NCBI GenBank assembly: GCA_002269645.1 | Contig: NIVC01003704.1 | Span: 1-64,000 of the forward strand | Length of the DNA stretch: 64,000 bases | Source of the DNA: Macrostomum lignano | Lineage: Eukaryota | Reading direction: 5' to 3' | Shown here: positions 1 through 11,341 of the stretch, piece after piece | How the letters are laid out: the number at the start of each line of letters is the position of its first letter | Position numbering within the stretch: position 1 is the stretch's first letter | Translations under genes and position numbers: made by a program | The notes under the pieces: generated by a model | The model's input: the letters and a program-made list of their open reading frames with translations, nothing else | Databases searched by the model: none | Told to the model about the DNA's origin: nothing

Positions 1-694
1 CCAACGGACGGTACAGCGCGTCGGCGTTCTCCACGGCTAGCCATCGCTGTCGCCGTCGCCGTTGCCGTAGACTCGCCGACAGAGGCCGCCGCTAAGCAGG
101 AGGTCGCCAATTCGGCGAATCCGTTCGGCACTCAGCCGTGCTGGGCGGCCCAGCGCGCGAAGCCGGCGCCGGTGAAGGTGCGCGGGTAGCGCCAGAAGCA
201 CGCCAGTGAGTGCCAAAGGCAGCAGCGTCCGCATTATCAGCGGAGGCGACGTCGGAGTCGAGACGCATCGCCTCGAGCGCCGCGGCAGCTTCGTCCAGTT
301 CGCACGGCAGCAAACGATCGAGGATGTCGTCGGCGAGGTCGGCAGCCGCGGGGTCGATGTCGGCCGGCCCGGGTAGCGGCGGCCGCAGACCGTCGGGTGC
401 CGCCGCGTGCTCCTTCTGCAGCTGGTCGAGAGTCGCCAGCCGCAGGCTGTCGGCGCCGCCGATGCAACGGCCGCCGAGGAAGACGAGCGGAGCGGCGGCT
501 GCTCGACCTTCAGCTCGGCGCAGGACCTCGTCGATGAAGGCGGGCAGGCAGCGGTCGAGTCGCACAACGTTGGCGGAGAGACGGAGGCTCTGCAGGGCCG
601 CCTGGGCCGCGGCGCAGCTGGGGCAGCCGGCCGTCGTGTACAGCGTGACCTCCGGCATGTCTCCGGTGTCAATTATTGGCTCGGCGGAGGTCAT
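1..694 (-). CDS. Glutaredoxin-domain + DEP-domain protein, 5' part (continues beyond position 1); three apparent 1-nt frameshifts
   Basis: ORF 92-694 has a Grx fold with CPSC active site (VTLYTTAGCPSC...APLVFLGGRCIGG). Adding one G at ~199, ~136 and ~41 joins three frames into a DEP-like stretch (FWRYPRTFTGAGFARW...RIGDLLLSGGLCRRVYG...ENADALYRPL). A 3' splice acceptor (ttttcag) lies ~27 nt upstream of the ATG. Confidence 0.75.
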
Positions 695-1044
695 GCCAGC
701 AGGTGTTGATTGCGTCTGTAGCTGAAAATTTATAAATAATATCCTACTATACTACTGACTTGGCTTGCTTTCTATCATTGGAGGTAGCATGCAAGTAGGC
801 TATTTTTATATATTTAGAGTTTAAAGATGCATTGCTGCATGGTAGCGGCTTTTGTGAATCTATCGCTAATGTTAAATCAATAAATCAATAAATAAATCAA
901 ACACTCAATGAATTAATGAGTCAGTTATGTGATTGGCTACCAGCCAATAATTACTGTAGTCATCGCTAAGTAAATAAATCTATCAATTAAATAATTAATC
1001 AATCATTAGTCAACCCATCACGTAAATTATTTGATTAATAAGTT

Positions 1045-1564
1045 AGTCAATCAAGAAACCAATCAATCAATCAATCAATCAATCGAATGATCAATCAGTG
1101 ATTAAGCAATCAATCGATCAATAAGCCAATCAACCAATCAATCAATCAATCAGTCAGTCAAACAATCGATCAGTAATCAAGAAAGCAATCAATCAATCAG
1201 TCAGTCAATCAATCAATCAGTAATCAAGCAATCAATCAATCAATAAGCCAATCAATCAATCAATAAATCAATGGATAAATTAATCAGTCAATCAATCCGT
1301 CCATCAGCAATAAATCAATCACGATTAATCAGTCAGTCAGTCAATCAATCAATCAGTCAATCAATCAATCAGCCAATCAATCAATCAGTCAATCAATCAG
1401 TCAATTAATCAATCAGTCAATCAGTAAATCAATCATTATTCAATCAACCAATTAATCAGTCCATCCGCAATCAATCAATCACGATTAATCAGTTAGTCAT
1501 TAAATCAATCAGTCAATCAATCAATCAATCAGTCAATCAATCAGCCAATCAATCAATCAATCAG

Positions 1565-1607
<43 letters not shown>

Positions 1608-1652
1608 GTCAATCGAAAATCAATCAAGCAGTCAATAAAAAATCAATCAATG
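1045..1652. repeat. Degenerate (AATC)n/(AGTC)n microsatellite
   Basis: Runs of aatcaatcaatc interrupted by agtc, read directly. Confidence 0.95.
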
Positions 1653-2573
1653 AGTCATTTAATGTGCCTAGACTACCACTCAGTTCATTAGCCATCATTA
1701 AATAAACAAATAATCAATCATTAAACCAATCTACTCGATCCAGACATCATTCTATTCTGGTCTGCGGTTCCTATAAGCCTTATCCAGTATTAAAAAATCA
1801 CTAGAAGCTCATATTTGCAAACTTATTTAATAAAAAAACAAACATCTGACAGAGTAGTTTTGGAACGCCTGATAGGAATGAATGAAAGGTTTCTTGGAAA
1901 CTGACAAATCTTTTTTGTAAGGCACGATTAAATAAAGTTAATTAAGAAGTTCAGCATGCTTTGAGGCTCAACCGCAGATTAACAAAAAACAATGGACGGT
2001 TATAAGAGCAAAAATATTCTAAAGAAAAAAAACGCGCAGATAAAAAATGTTTAATAGGAAAAGGCGACTCATTGTGAGTGCGTACGAACAATGATAGGAT
2101 CAGAAAAATAGTCAATGAAAAGGAAAAAAAGGAAATGAAAAACAAAATAGTCATTTCGATATATTTTCCATGTTCGATAGGCATAAATTTAGATATTTTT
2201 AAACTGAAAAAAATATTGCAGTGAACAAGTTGGCTTAAAAAGAACCAACCGATAAAAATAACAAAACGAGTCCTCGTGAAGAAAACTGTTTACTCTTGGT
2301 CGCTTAGCAACTGTCAGCAAGATGTCAATCAGCAGCTGGACGGCGAGAGCTTTGCATTGACTACTTTAGTAGTCCGCCAGCGTCAGGGTTTGGCTGAAAG
2401 TGCAAATTTTTATTCCATTTTTAACATTTGCGTAGGAAACTTTTACAATGCATCAACTATTTGTAAAGGATTTTTACTCAAATCGTACTACTTATAGAAC
2501 TTGTATCAGAAGTATTTGTACAAAAACTATAGATATGCAAAAGCACTATTGCTGGAATACAGAAAAGCTCAAT

Positions 2574-3717
2574 GATGGATCAGGGGTGGCTTACTGAAGA
2601 ATCAGGTGTTGGCTTACTGATGGATCAGGGGTGGCTCACTGATGGATCAGGGGTGGCTTACTGATGGATCAGGGGTAGCTCACTGAAGATCAGGGTGGCT
2701 CACTGAAGATCAGGGGTTGGCTCACTGAAGATCAGGGGTGGCTCACTGAAGATCAGGGGTTGGCTCACTGAAGATCAGGGGTGGCTCACTGATGGATCAG
2801 GGGTGGCTTACTGAAGAATCAGGGGTGGCTCACTGATGGATCAGGGGTAGCTCACTGAAGATCAGGGGTGGCTTACTGATGGATCAGGGGTAGCTCACTG
2901 AAGATCAGGGGTGGCTCACTGATGGATCAGGGGTGGCTCACTGATGGATCAGGGGTAGCTCACTGATGGATCAGGGGTGGCTCACTGATGGATCAGGGGG
3001 TGGCTCACTGAAGGATCAGGGGTGGCTCACTGATGGATTAGGGGGTGGCTCACTGATGGATCAGGGGTAGCTTACTGAAGGATCAGGGGTAGCTCACTGA
3101 AGGATCAGGGGTGGCTCACTGATGGATTAGGGGTGGCTCACTGATGGATCAGGGGTAGCTTACTGAGGATCAGGGGTAGCTCACTGAAGGATCAGGGGTA
3201 GCTCACTGATGGATCAGGGGTGGCTCACTGATGGATCAGGGGTGGCTCACTGAAGGATCAGGGGTAGCTCACTGATGGATCAGGGGTAGCTCACTGATGG
3301 ATCAGGGGTAGCTCACTGAAGGATCAGGGGTGGCTCACTGAAGGATCAGGGGTGGCTCACTGATGGATTAGGGGTGGCTCACTGAAGGATCAGGGGTGGC
3401 TCACTGATCGATAAGGGGGTGGCTCACTGATCGATAAGGGGTGGCTCACTGAAGGATCAGGGTTGGCTCACTGATGGATCAGGGTGGTTCACTGATGGAT
3501 AAGGGGTGGCTCACTGAAGGATCAGGGGTGGCTCACTGATCGATAAGGGGGTGGCTCACTGAAGGATCAGGGTTGGCTCACTGATGGATCAGGGTAGCTC
3601 ACTGAAGGATCAGGGTAGCTAGCTCACTGATGGATAAGGGGTAGCTCACTGAAGGATCAGGGTTGGCTCACTGAAGGATCAGGGGTAGCTCACTGATGGA
3701 TATGGGGTGGCTGACTG
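2574..3717. repeat. ~22-bp minisatellite (GATCAGGGGTGGCTCACTGATG)
   Basis: About 50 tandem units with small variants. Confidence 0.97.
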
Positions 3718-3932
3718 TATACTCGCTTGGCTATCCCAATTTAAGCGCATATTTTTCATTAGTACATTTTTACTAACTGTCAACAGGAGCAGCAGCTAAA
3801 GCATGCAGGCGGGCGGGCTCACAGTTAGGAGCCAGCCGGGAGAGGGGAAGGCAGACAAGCCATAATTTGCTTGAGTACACGCACGTGCCCCCGAACTGTA
3901 CACTTGGTGGCCACGCATTTTCCGCTTCCCGC

Positions 3933-4470
3933 CTAGTTGCCATGGTAACCAGTATATGGAAAGCAACAGAACCAGCATTGTTGGGTGTGTACGCATTGGG
4001 AGAATAATAATCTCTCCAGGATAGAGGAAATGCGGCGCCGCGAGAGAGGCGGGGGGGAGGCGAAGGAAAGAAGATATGCAAAAATGCAAGAGCGCTTCTC
4101 TCCATACTGGCTCATGCAGGTAATGCAGGTAAATCCACAGCATAGAGCTTCATAGTCTTCATCTAGATATTTTAGACATGCATTGACAAAAAACTCACAG
4201 CATGGATCGCGGCTTTGCTGTGGGTTGCTGCTGCTGCTGCTGCTGCTGAGTAGCCAGCTCCCCATCCTCCAATTGCTCAATCTCCTCCATCTCGAGGTCC
4301 GCCTTCTCGTGCCGATGAGTGAGCTGGTCGTTTTCAACCAGGTTGGAGACGGATGCGGTGCAGCTGCGCGGATCATCAACCGGCTGGCTGACGGAGAGAA
4401 TCGCGCTGAATTGTTGGGGGGAGTCGGGCTTATGGAGGGGCTTATGACAGTTTCATTTTCAGTATCACCT
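3933..4470 (-). CDS. Candidate orphan coding segment (acidic/poly-Q, then Cys-rich), probably frameshifted
   Basis: GC-rich island. One frame reads ...NLVENDQLTHRHEKADLEMEEIEQLEDGELATQQQQQQQP, another continues RDPCCEFFVNACLKYLDEDYEALCCGFTCITC. No family recognised. Confidence 0.3.
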
Positions 4471-4529
4471 AGAGCTAGTTAAATGCTCAAATCTCAAATC
4501 ATTCTTCCATTTCTCACCTCTTTTATAAA

Positions 4530-4845
4530 CTCTTCATTCCTGACTGTCAACTCCTCTTCATTCCTCACTATCAACTCTCATTCCTCACTATCAACTCTCA
4601 TTCCTCACTATCAACTCTTCATTCCTCACTATCAACTCTCATTCCTCACTATCAACTCTTCATTCCTCACTATAACTCTTCATTCCTCATTTATTAATTC
4701 TTCATTCCTCACTATCAAGTCCTCATTCCTCACTATTAAGTCTTCATTCCTCATTTATCAATTCTTCATTCCTGACTATCAACTCTTCATTCCTCACTAT
4801 AAAGTCTTCATTCCTCACTATCAACTCTTCATTCCTCACTCTGAA
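4530..4845. repeat. Degenerate ~21-bp minisatellite (TTCATTCCTCACTATCAACTC)
   Basis: Tandem units just downstream of the CDC50 stop codon. Confidence 0.9.
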
Positions 4846-4941
4846 ATCCCTATACGTAACTCTGAGTCATTAATTTCTAGCACACAACCCTTCTTCGCAC
4901 TCCGAACTCATCTATTCAAACCGGAACACTCTGAGAAAACT

Positions 4942-6082
4942 CTAAGAATACCTTCGGCTGGAGTGCAGCTGCACCAAAGCCAGCGCCAGGCCCATCACAG
5001 TGTAGAGACAGCCAACGGCCAGGTAAGCGGCGGCCAGGATGGGATTGCGGCCGCCCATCCAGCCACCGGTGGTGAGCACCAGGGATTTGGTCCCGGCGAA
5101 TCCGGTCACGGGGAAAGCGTAAGCCACCTGCGCGAGGTAATTAGCGATAATTATAAAAATGGAACAACTGGATTTGAGGTGGAAGCCTTTATTTTACTCC
5201 TTACCTGCAAAGTGTAGGTTCCAGCAGGGAGACCGTTGGCGAAGGCCTCGGGCGTGCGTGCCGTGGCTCCGTGTTCAACAATGCGGTGCAGCTTGCGGAA
5301 GTTGGGCATAGCGGCAGTTCGCATCCACACCATCAGCTCTTCGTCGTCTTGGTAACCGGCCGGACTGCGCTGCTGGGCCGAGGCCGGCCATCCAATCGGC
5401 TTCGTGCTGACGTTCCAGTTGGCGCCGGGCCCGTACTTGTACCATTTGTCGCTCTTCCAGGCGATGCCTTGTCTGGTCCAGGGCACCTCAAGCGGATCGC
5501 CGGCAGTTTGATGATAGAACAGCCGGTAGGAGTCGTTGAACATGCTCTTGGCGATGGCGCCGCACGGGGCCACCCACAGTCCGGTGGAGGCGTCCTGACG
5601 GTAGGGATCGCACTCGCTCAGCAAACCGGAGCTGCGCTCTCCCATCAGTTGAAAATCGTCGCGACTTTTAGCGTATTGCCGGTGACTCTGGTAGAAATTA
5701 GTCAATGCGTAGTAGACGTACACTTGGCCGGACATCGCCTGCGATAGAGTTAGCGTCACGTTGCACACACACGATCGATAGTTGCCATAGTAACCAGGCA
5801 TAGCAACCAGTTCGGCACAGTACAGACCATTGGCGTCGCGGCACTTGGTGTAGTCGACGCTGGCCTCCTGCACTGACTGGGCTGACAGGAGCAGCACAAC
5901 GCCTATTGGGATGAAAATTGCTCCAATCAGAAGGCACATTGGGAAGGCATAGCGGGCCGTCATTAGCGGCTGCCAGGCGGGCAGGCGCTGTTGGTAGAAG
6001 TTTGTATCCTTCGGCTTGCTGACGGAGGTGTCCTTAGTTGCCTCCTGCTCAGCGATATCAACACCCCCTTTGATGCCGCCAT
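4942..6082 (-). CDS. TMEM30A: CDC50/TMEM30 family P4-ATPase (phospholipid flippase) beta subunit; exons 6082-5205 and 5127-4942
   Basis: Hallmark motifs SKPKDTNFYQQRLPAWQP, VYVYYALTNFYQSHRQYAKSRD, PCGAIAKSMFNDSY, MVWMRTAAMPNFRKL, WMGGRNPIL plus TM2. 77-bp GT-AG intron 5204-5128, phase 0. ATG at 6082 (3 nt after a cccag acceptor) is in frame only if the G5 run at 6064-6068 is G6. Confidence 0.95.
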
Positions 6083-7761
6083 TGACTGGGAAAGTTTGTT
6101 GAAATATGAAAATTATAAATATGCTAATGATATTTTGGATATATGTCACACCGACTTAAAAAATTTACAGATAACCATTGAGAGGACAAAAATGTCAGTT
6201 TCCTCTAAAAGATGCGTTTAGGTTTTAATTTGAATAGCCTTCAAAAAAATGTATTTATTATGTTGTATAAGCTCATTTCGCTCATTGGATGTCATAAAAA
6301 TATGCATACAGTATAAGTTTGCAACTAGAACCACAGCTAGTACTACTATTGAAATTTAGAGCAAAATATTGTATTGCTATGATACAAAATTGCAATACTA
6401 TGATTTTCACTAGATTATCTTCTAAATACTGTATCTAAAACAGTAGAAAATCTAAACTTTCTCAGAATAGCCCCTAAAACAGATATAAATTTAATGCATT
6501 AAATTTGTGAATTATATTTTATATTTATTCAATGAATGTGTTGTGGGCCTGTCTGGCGCCTGCAGTCTGTTGCTTGTTACATGAGTTGAATACGAGCTAT
6601 ATAAAATAAGTTAAAATAACTTTGTCTTTTGTTTATAAGATTTAGTATATTAGATAAGCAACTATTTACAAGGCTAAAATGCCCTTATAAGTCTGCGTAG
6701 AACAGCTTTCAGATTACTGGTCTACTAGAAGTGTATCCTGCTCCAAGTCCAAGGTCCATTAAAATAAATTAGACTTAATGCGGAAGTCAAATAAAATTGT
6801 AGAAGCTTTAGAACAGTTTAACACAGAATTTGACACTTTACTTTTCAAGTGCAGTAAAGTGAGTAGCAGTGTGTTAAATAATAGCCATTGCTTGTTTTAA
6901 CTGACTATTAATCAAAAGCAATAGCTTTTAGCTGATTTTTTTGATGGGGTTAATTCAGCGATAATTTAATCTTGCAATCATCATATAGACAAATTAGGCC
7001 TAGGCTATAGACACAGCGTAATACTTGAGTATGTATTCGTTGCCTAGATGGGTCACTGATATATATATCATTCCTGTGGAATTCTTTTGGTGTGACTGAA
7101 CAGCTGGTATTTAGATTTGACTTGAAAATAATAGGCCTGTTTTTAAATTACTTTTCTTGTTAGTAATTTAGAAATATGCCTGTATCATTCAAATAATTCC
7201 AGTCTCCTGTGGTAGGCCTTCGCCCTTGCTTTGGGCCTTGGGTTAGTTTTTTGGATAAGGGATAAGGAATTTTAGGCTTAGCCGCTTAGATATTACATCT
7301 ATGGCTAGGGCTAGACCTATGCGAGTAGCGAGTTCAATATTTCAAGTCCATATATTAAAATCATTTAGTAAAACTAATCTCTATGACTCTATTCTATATG
7401 ACTATATGCTATGCTATTAACAAAAACACTTGTTTAAAAGATCTGGGGCCTATTGGCTATTAGCCCTAACCCTTTTTCTCGGGTACCAGTTTGTTTTGGT
7501 TATGTGATTTTTGCTTATCACCAAAATGACTATTACTCAAACAACTAGGCCTACAAATATTGAAATATAATCTGTCACTACTAGTGTCTACTTGACCTTG
7601 AAGTTGAATATAGTCATACACTACATTGTCACATTGGTTCCTAAAAGTGTATGATCACCAAAATATATACTATAGTAATGGCTTTAATAATTTATTAGGG
7701 CCTAGCCTATTATTATTGACTATTTTAGACTTATAGGTCTAGGCTAGTGTTAGGACTCATA

Positions 7762-8109
7762 CATGCCCAACACCTGTCCAACTTGTCTGAACTAGACAGG
7801 TAAAATGGCTGCTAGCCAAGGTAAGTTGCAAAATCAAAAATGCAAAAAACAAAAAAATGGGAGAAAAAAAGAAAGAAAAAGAAAAGAAAAAAGGAAGGAG
7901 AAAAAAGAGAAAAGAAAGAGGAAAGAAAAAGAAAAAGACAAGAGAAGAGAAAAAGGCAAGAAAAGTCATATACAAAGTGAAAATTATGTCGCAATCAGGG
8001 GAACTAAGTTGCAATTGGGAGGAACTAAGCTACAATCACGAGGAACTAAGTCACAAATCTGAACAAAACTAAGTTGTACTGGACAAGTGAAATTTTGAGG
8101 TTGGGCATG
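7762..8109. mobile_element. MITE-like non-autonomous DNA transposon, TA-flanked (Tc1/mariner-type?)
   Basis: ATACATGCCCAAC (7759-7771) is the exact reverse complement of GTTGGGCATGTAT (8100-8112). TA on both sides, subterminal GGAACTAAG repeats, purine-rich non-coding interior. Confidence 0.5.
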
Positions 8110-8323
8110 TATATTAAGGCTATAATCTGATATTCAAATAATAAATTTATATTAATAATATCAAGACAATATATTGCATTAGTTAGGCAAAATAGGCCAA
8201 AAAATGTAAAGAATAATTATTTTTCCATTAATATTTTTATGCTTTATTAATAATTATATAGACTTGTGGTAGAGTTTCTCGCTTAATTAATAGCAAATAA
8301 ATAAAGCTTAAGATCAACATTTA

Positions 8324-8379
8324 TGGCGAAAACCAACGCGTTTCAACCTACTAGGGCCGTCGTCAGGGTATATTTTATC
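8324..8379 (-). ncRNA. Mirror copy of the hammerhead ribozyme motif in the inverted pseudo-LTR
   Basis: Exact reverse complement of 10990-11045. Confidence 0.72.
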
Positions 8380-9076
8380 ACTGAACGAAACACTCAATAT
8401 AAATAAGCAAACGATTGTACTATCTCAAGTGTCAAATTGAAAACGGGAGGGTAACCAATGTACGAAAAACATAAAACTAGGGGTTGGAGTTAAGCGAGAA
8501 TAATGAGAGAGAAAGAGAGAGAGAGAAGGCAAACAGATGTAAAAAACACAAAATGTACGCGCAACAAAAAATAGTCAAACTCAAAACACCCTAAGAAGGT
8601 GGCCCGCACCACTATGAAGCAATTGCACATTGAGACTGGGATTTTGAGCTTTGATGTGCAGCGCTTCAAGAATGCTAAGCTTGAATTCAGAGTTAGCACA
8701 GTCGATAATTTTAAACAATTCAATCTGTTCTCTGTCACAGCAGCCCTTGCATTCCAGAAGGTGGTCCTGGATAGCAGATTTTTTCAGCCAATGCTCCCTA
8801 ACTCTGGTGTGCAGGTAGGTGTCTTGGTTTTTCCCACGTAAAAGATATTCTGATCTTCAGAACAACAAAATTTATAGACGACACCTGCAACTAGAGCACG
8901 AGGAACACGGGACTTGAGATTGCTGACAAATTGACCCACCTTGGCAGTGCGAAAGACAATCCTAATCGGAGTGTTGTACCATTTCTGAAAAGATCTCTCA
9001 AGCTTCTTTTTCAACAAGATAGACGGGATACCATAGAACGGCAAGATCATCACGGGGTCATCCGGCTTTTTACTAC

Positions 9077-10788
9077 AGGCTTTTTCATCAGACGCTGAAG
9101 CAGCTTAAAGGGAATGACAATATCAAGGTTGTTGGCTATGACAAAGGCTACGGCGTTGCTATCATGGATAGTGATGACTATAAGAGTAAGCTTAATTGCA
9201 TTGTGCAGGATCAGGCTAAATTTCAATGTCTTGGAACTGTGAGTGAGGTCACTATGGCTCATCCTGTTCTCAAGGCTGAGAGATCTCTTCAGACTTTTTT
9301 GAGGACCCATGCCAAGCAGCATCTTAGCAATGAGATTCTTAAGCGCATTATGCCGAATGGCAGCCAACCTGGCCAGCTGTACGGCCTTTGCAAAGTTCAC
9401 AAACCTGACAAACCGCTGAGACCGATTGTGTCTATGATTAACACTGCTGAGTATGAACTGGCCAGATACTTGGATTCTCTGATCAAACCATGCATACCAA
9501 AGGAATTCTCCGTCAACTCTAATTGCCAGTTCATTCAAGCCTTGAGTCAAATCAGTCCGAAAAGTGAGGATTTTCTCTGCAGTTTTGACGTGACTTCGCT
9601 TTTTACCAATGTCCCTTTGAAGCTGGCTATTGATCTCGCCACTGATCATGTGTACAATATGAAACCGCCTGGGTTACCAAAGACTGTGTTCAAAAAGTTG
9701 TTAGGCTTCGCTACCTCTGGCATCTTCATGTTTGATGACAAATATTATTGCCAGATTGATGGTTGTGCCATGGGAAGCCCGCTTGCTCCTACTCTGGCCA
9801 ATGTTTGCATGGCGCACTGGGAAACGGAGTGGATGTCGCTTGAGTGTGCGCCAACTTTCTACAAGCGCTATGTTGATGACACTTTTGTCATTTTTGATGA
9901 CCGGGCTAAGTACCAAGAGTTTTTTCGGGCTCTGAATTCAACCCACAGCAACATCCAATTTACCGTTGAGATGGGAGGTAAAAAACTTCCGTTTCTCGAT
10001 GTTGAGGTTGATCTGAGCAGTGGCCAAGTCTCTACTCGGGTTTATCGCAAGCCCACGTTTACTGGTTTACTGTTGAATTTCAATGCCCTCTGTCCGAAAC
10101 AGTGGAATATTGGCCTGATCCATTGTATGCTGCACAGAGCTTACTCTCTGTGTAGTTCCTGGGCTGCGTTTGATGAGGAGGTGAAAAATTTGACTAGGAT
10201 TTTCAGTATGAACGGATACCCAAAAAATCTCATTAGTCGGTTGATTTTCAAGTTTGTCACTGATAAGGTTACTGGCAGACTGCAACAGAATCATAGTAAA
10301 AAGCCGGATGACCCCGTGATGATCTTGCCATTCTATGGTATCCCGTCTATCTTGTTGAAAAAGAAGCTTGAGAGATCTTTTCAGAAATGGTACAACACTC
10401 CGATTAGGATTGTCTTTCGCACTGCCAAGGTGGGTCAATTTGTCAGCAATCTCAAGTCCCGTGTTCCTCGTGCTCTAGTTGCAGGTGTCGTCTATAAATT
10501 TTGTTGTTCTGAAGATCAGAATATCTTTTACGTGGGAAAAACCAAGACACCTACCTGCACACCAGAGTTAGGGAGCATTGGCTGAAAAAATCTGCTATCC
10601 AGGACCACCTTCTGGAATGCAAGGGCTGCTGTGACAGAGAACAGATTGAATTGTTTAAAATTATCGACTGTGCTAACTCTGAATTCAAGCTTAGCATTCT
10701 TGAAGCGCTGCACATCAAAGCTCAAAATCCCAGTCTCAATGTGCAATTGCTTCATAGTGGTGCGGGCCACCTTCTTAGGGTGTTTTGA
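9077..10788 (+). pseudogene. PLE reverse transcriptase-GIY-YIG endonuclease ORF, 5'-truncated and frameshifted in the endonuclease
   Basis: Starts mid-domain (LKQLKGNDNIKVVGYDKG). Motifs LYGLCKVHK..PLRPIVS, SFDVTSLFTNVP, GCAMGSPLAP, RYVDD (9869-9880), LPFLD, VYRKPT. Endonuclease GVVYKF..FYVGKT; after a 2-nt insertion at 10547-10550 another frame continues YLHTRVREH...SAIQDH...ILEALHI..NPSLN to TGA at 10788. Confidence 0.93.
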
Positions 10789-10989
10789 GTTTGACTATTT
10801 TTTGTTGCGCGTACATTTTGTGTTTTTTACATCTGTTTGCCTTCTCTCTCTCTCTTTCTCTCTCATTATTCTCGCTTAACTCCAACCCCTAGTTTTATGT
10901 TTTTCGTACATTGGTTACCCTCCCGTTTTCAATTTGACACTTGAGATAGTACAATCGTTTGCTTATTTATATTGAGTGTTTCGTTCAGT

Positions 10990-11045
10990 GATAAAATATA
11001 CCCTGACGACGGCCCTAGTAGGTTGAAACGCGTTGGTTTTCGCCA
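10990..11045 (+). ncRNA. Minimal type I hammerhead ribozyme motif in the 3' pseudo-LTR
   Basis: CTGACGA (11003-11009), 1 extra nt, stem II GGCC/GGTT, GAAA (11025-11028), C-GC-G stem III, GUU cleavage triplet (after 11034), stem I ACC/GGT. Palindromic AACGCGTT in stem III. Confidence 0.75.
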
Positions 11046-11341
11046 TAAATGTTGATCTTAAGCTTTAATTATATAGACTACTAATATTTTAATTAATAAT
11101 TTAATTACATTGCCCTAAAGCTTAAGTTTGTGTTTAAGGCTTTTGAATTTAATAATTATATTTTACATATAATTTGGTCAGTGCATAGGCCTAGCCATAG
11201 CCATAGGCCTATTTATTTTTACAACTATAGAATGTTTTTTCAAAGAATCTATAAAAAATCTAAGTAAAGTCAAAAAGATTTTTTAAGTATTCCTTGAAAA
11301 TTTAATTTGTATCACCTTTTTGCTATCATTTTTCTGATATT

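Larger units (their letters stand above)
8265..11067 (+). mobile_element. Penelope-like retroelement, 5'-truncated, with inverted pseudo-LTR
   Basis: RT + C-terminal GIY-YIG ORF. 8302-9075 is the reverse complement of 10294-11067 (774 bp each; identical mirror ORFs in the ORF track). Direct repeat TAATTATATAGACT at 8251-8264 and 11066-11079 (TSD). Extra 37 bp (8265-8301) on the left arm. Confidence 0.95.

Noticed and set aside
9077-11000. Selenoprotein-encoding PLE (in-frame UGA plus SECIS)
   Set aside because: No in-frame TGA in the RT or frame-corrected endonuclease, and no SECIS-like hairpin seen in the 3' region.
8302-11067. LTR retrotransposon or DNA transposon with long TIRs
   Set aside because: The repeats are inverted and contain coding sequence from the element's own 3' end. 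The RT/GIY-YIG motifs are Penelope-type; no gag, integrase or transposase is present.
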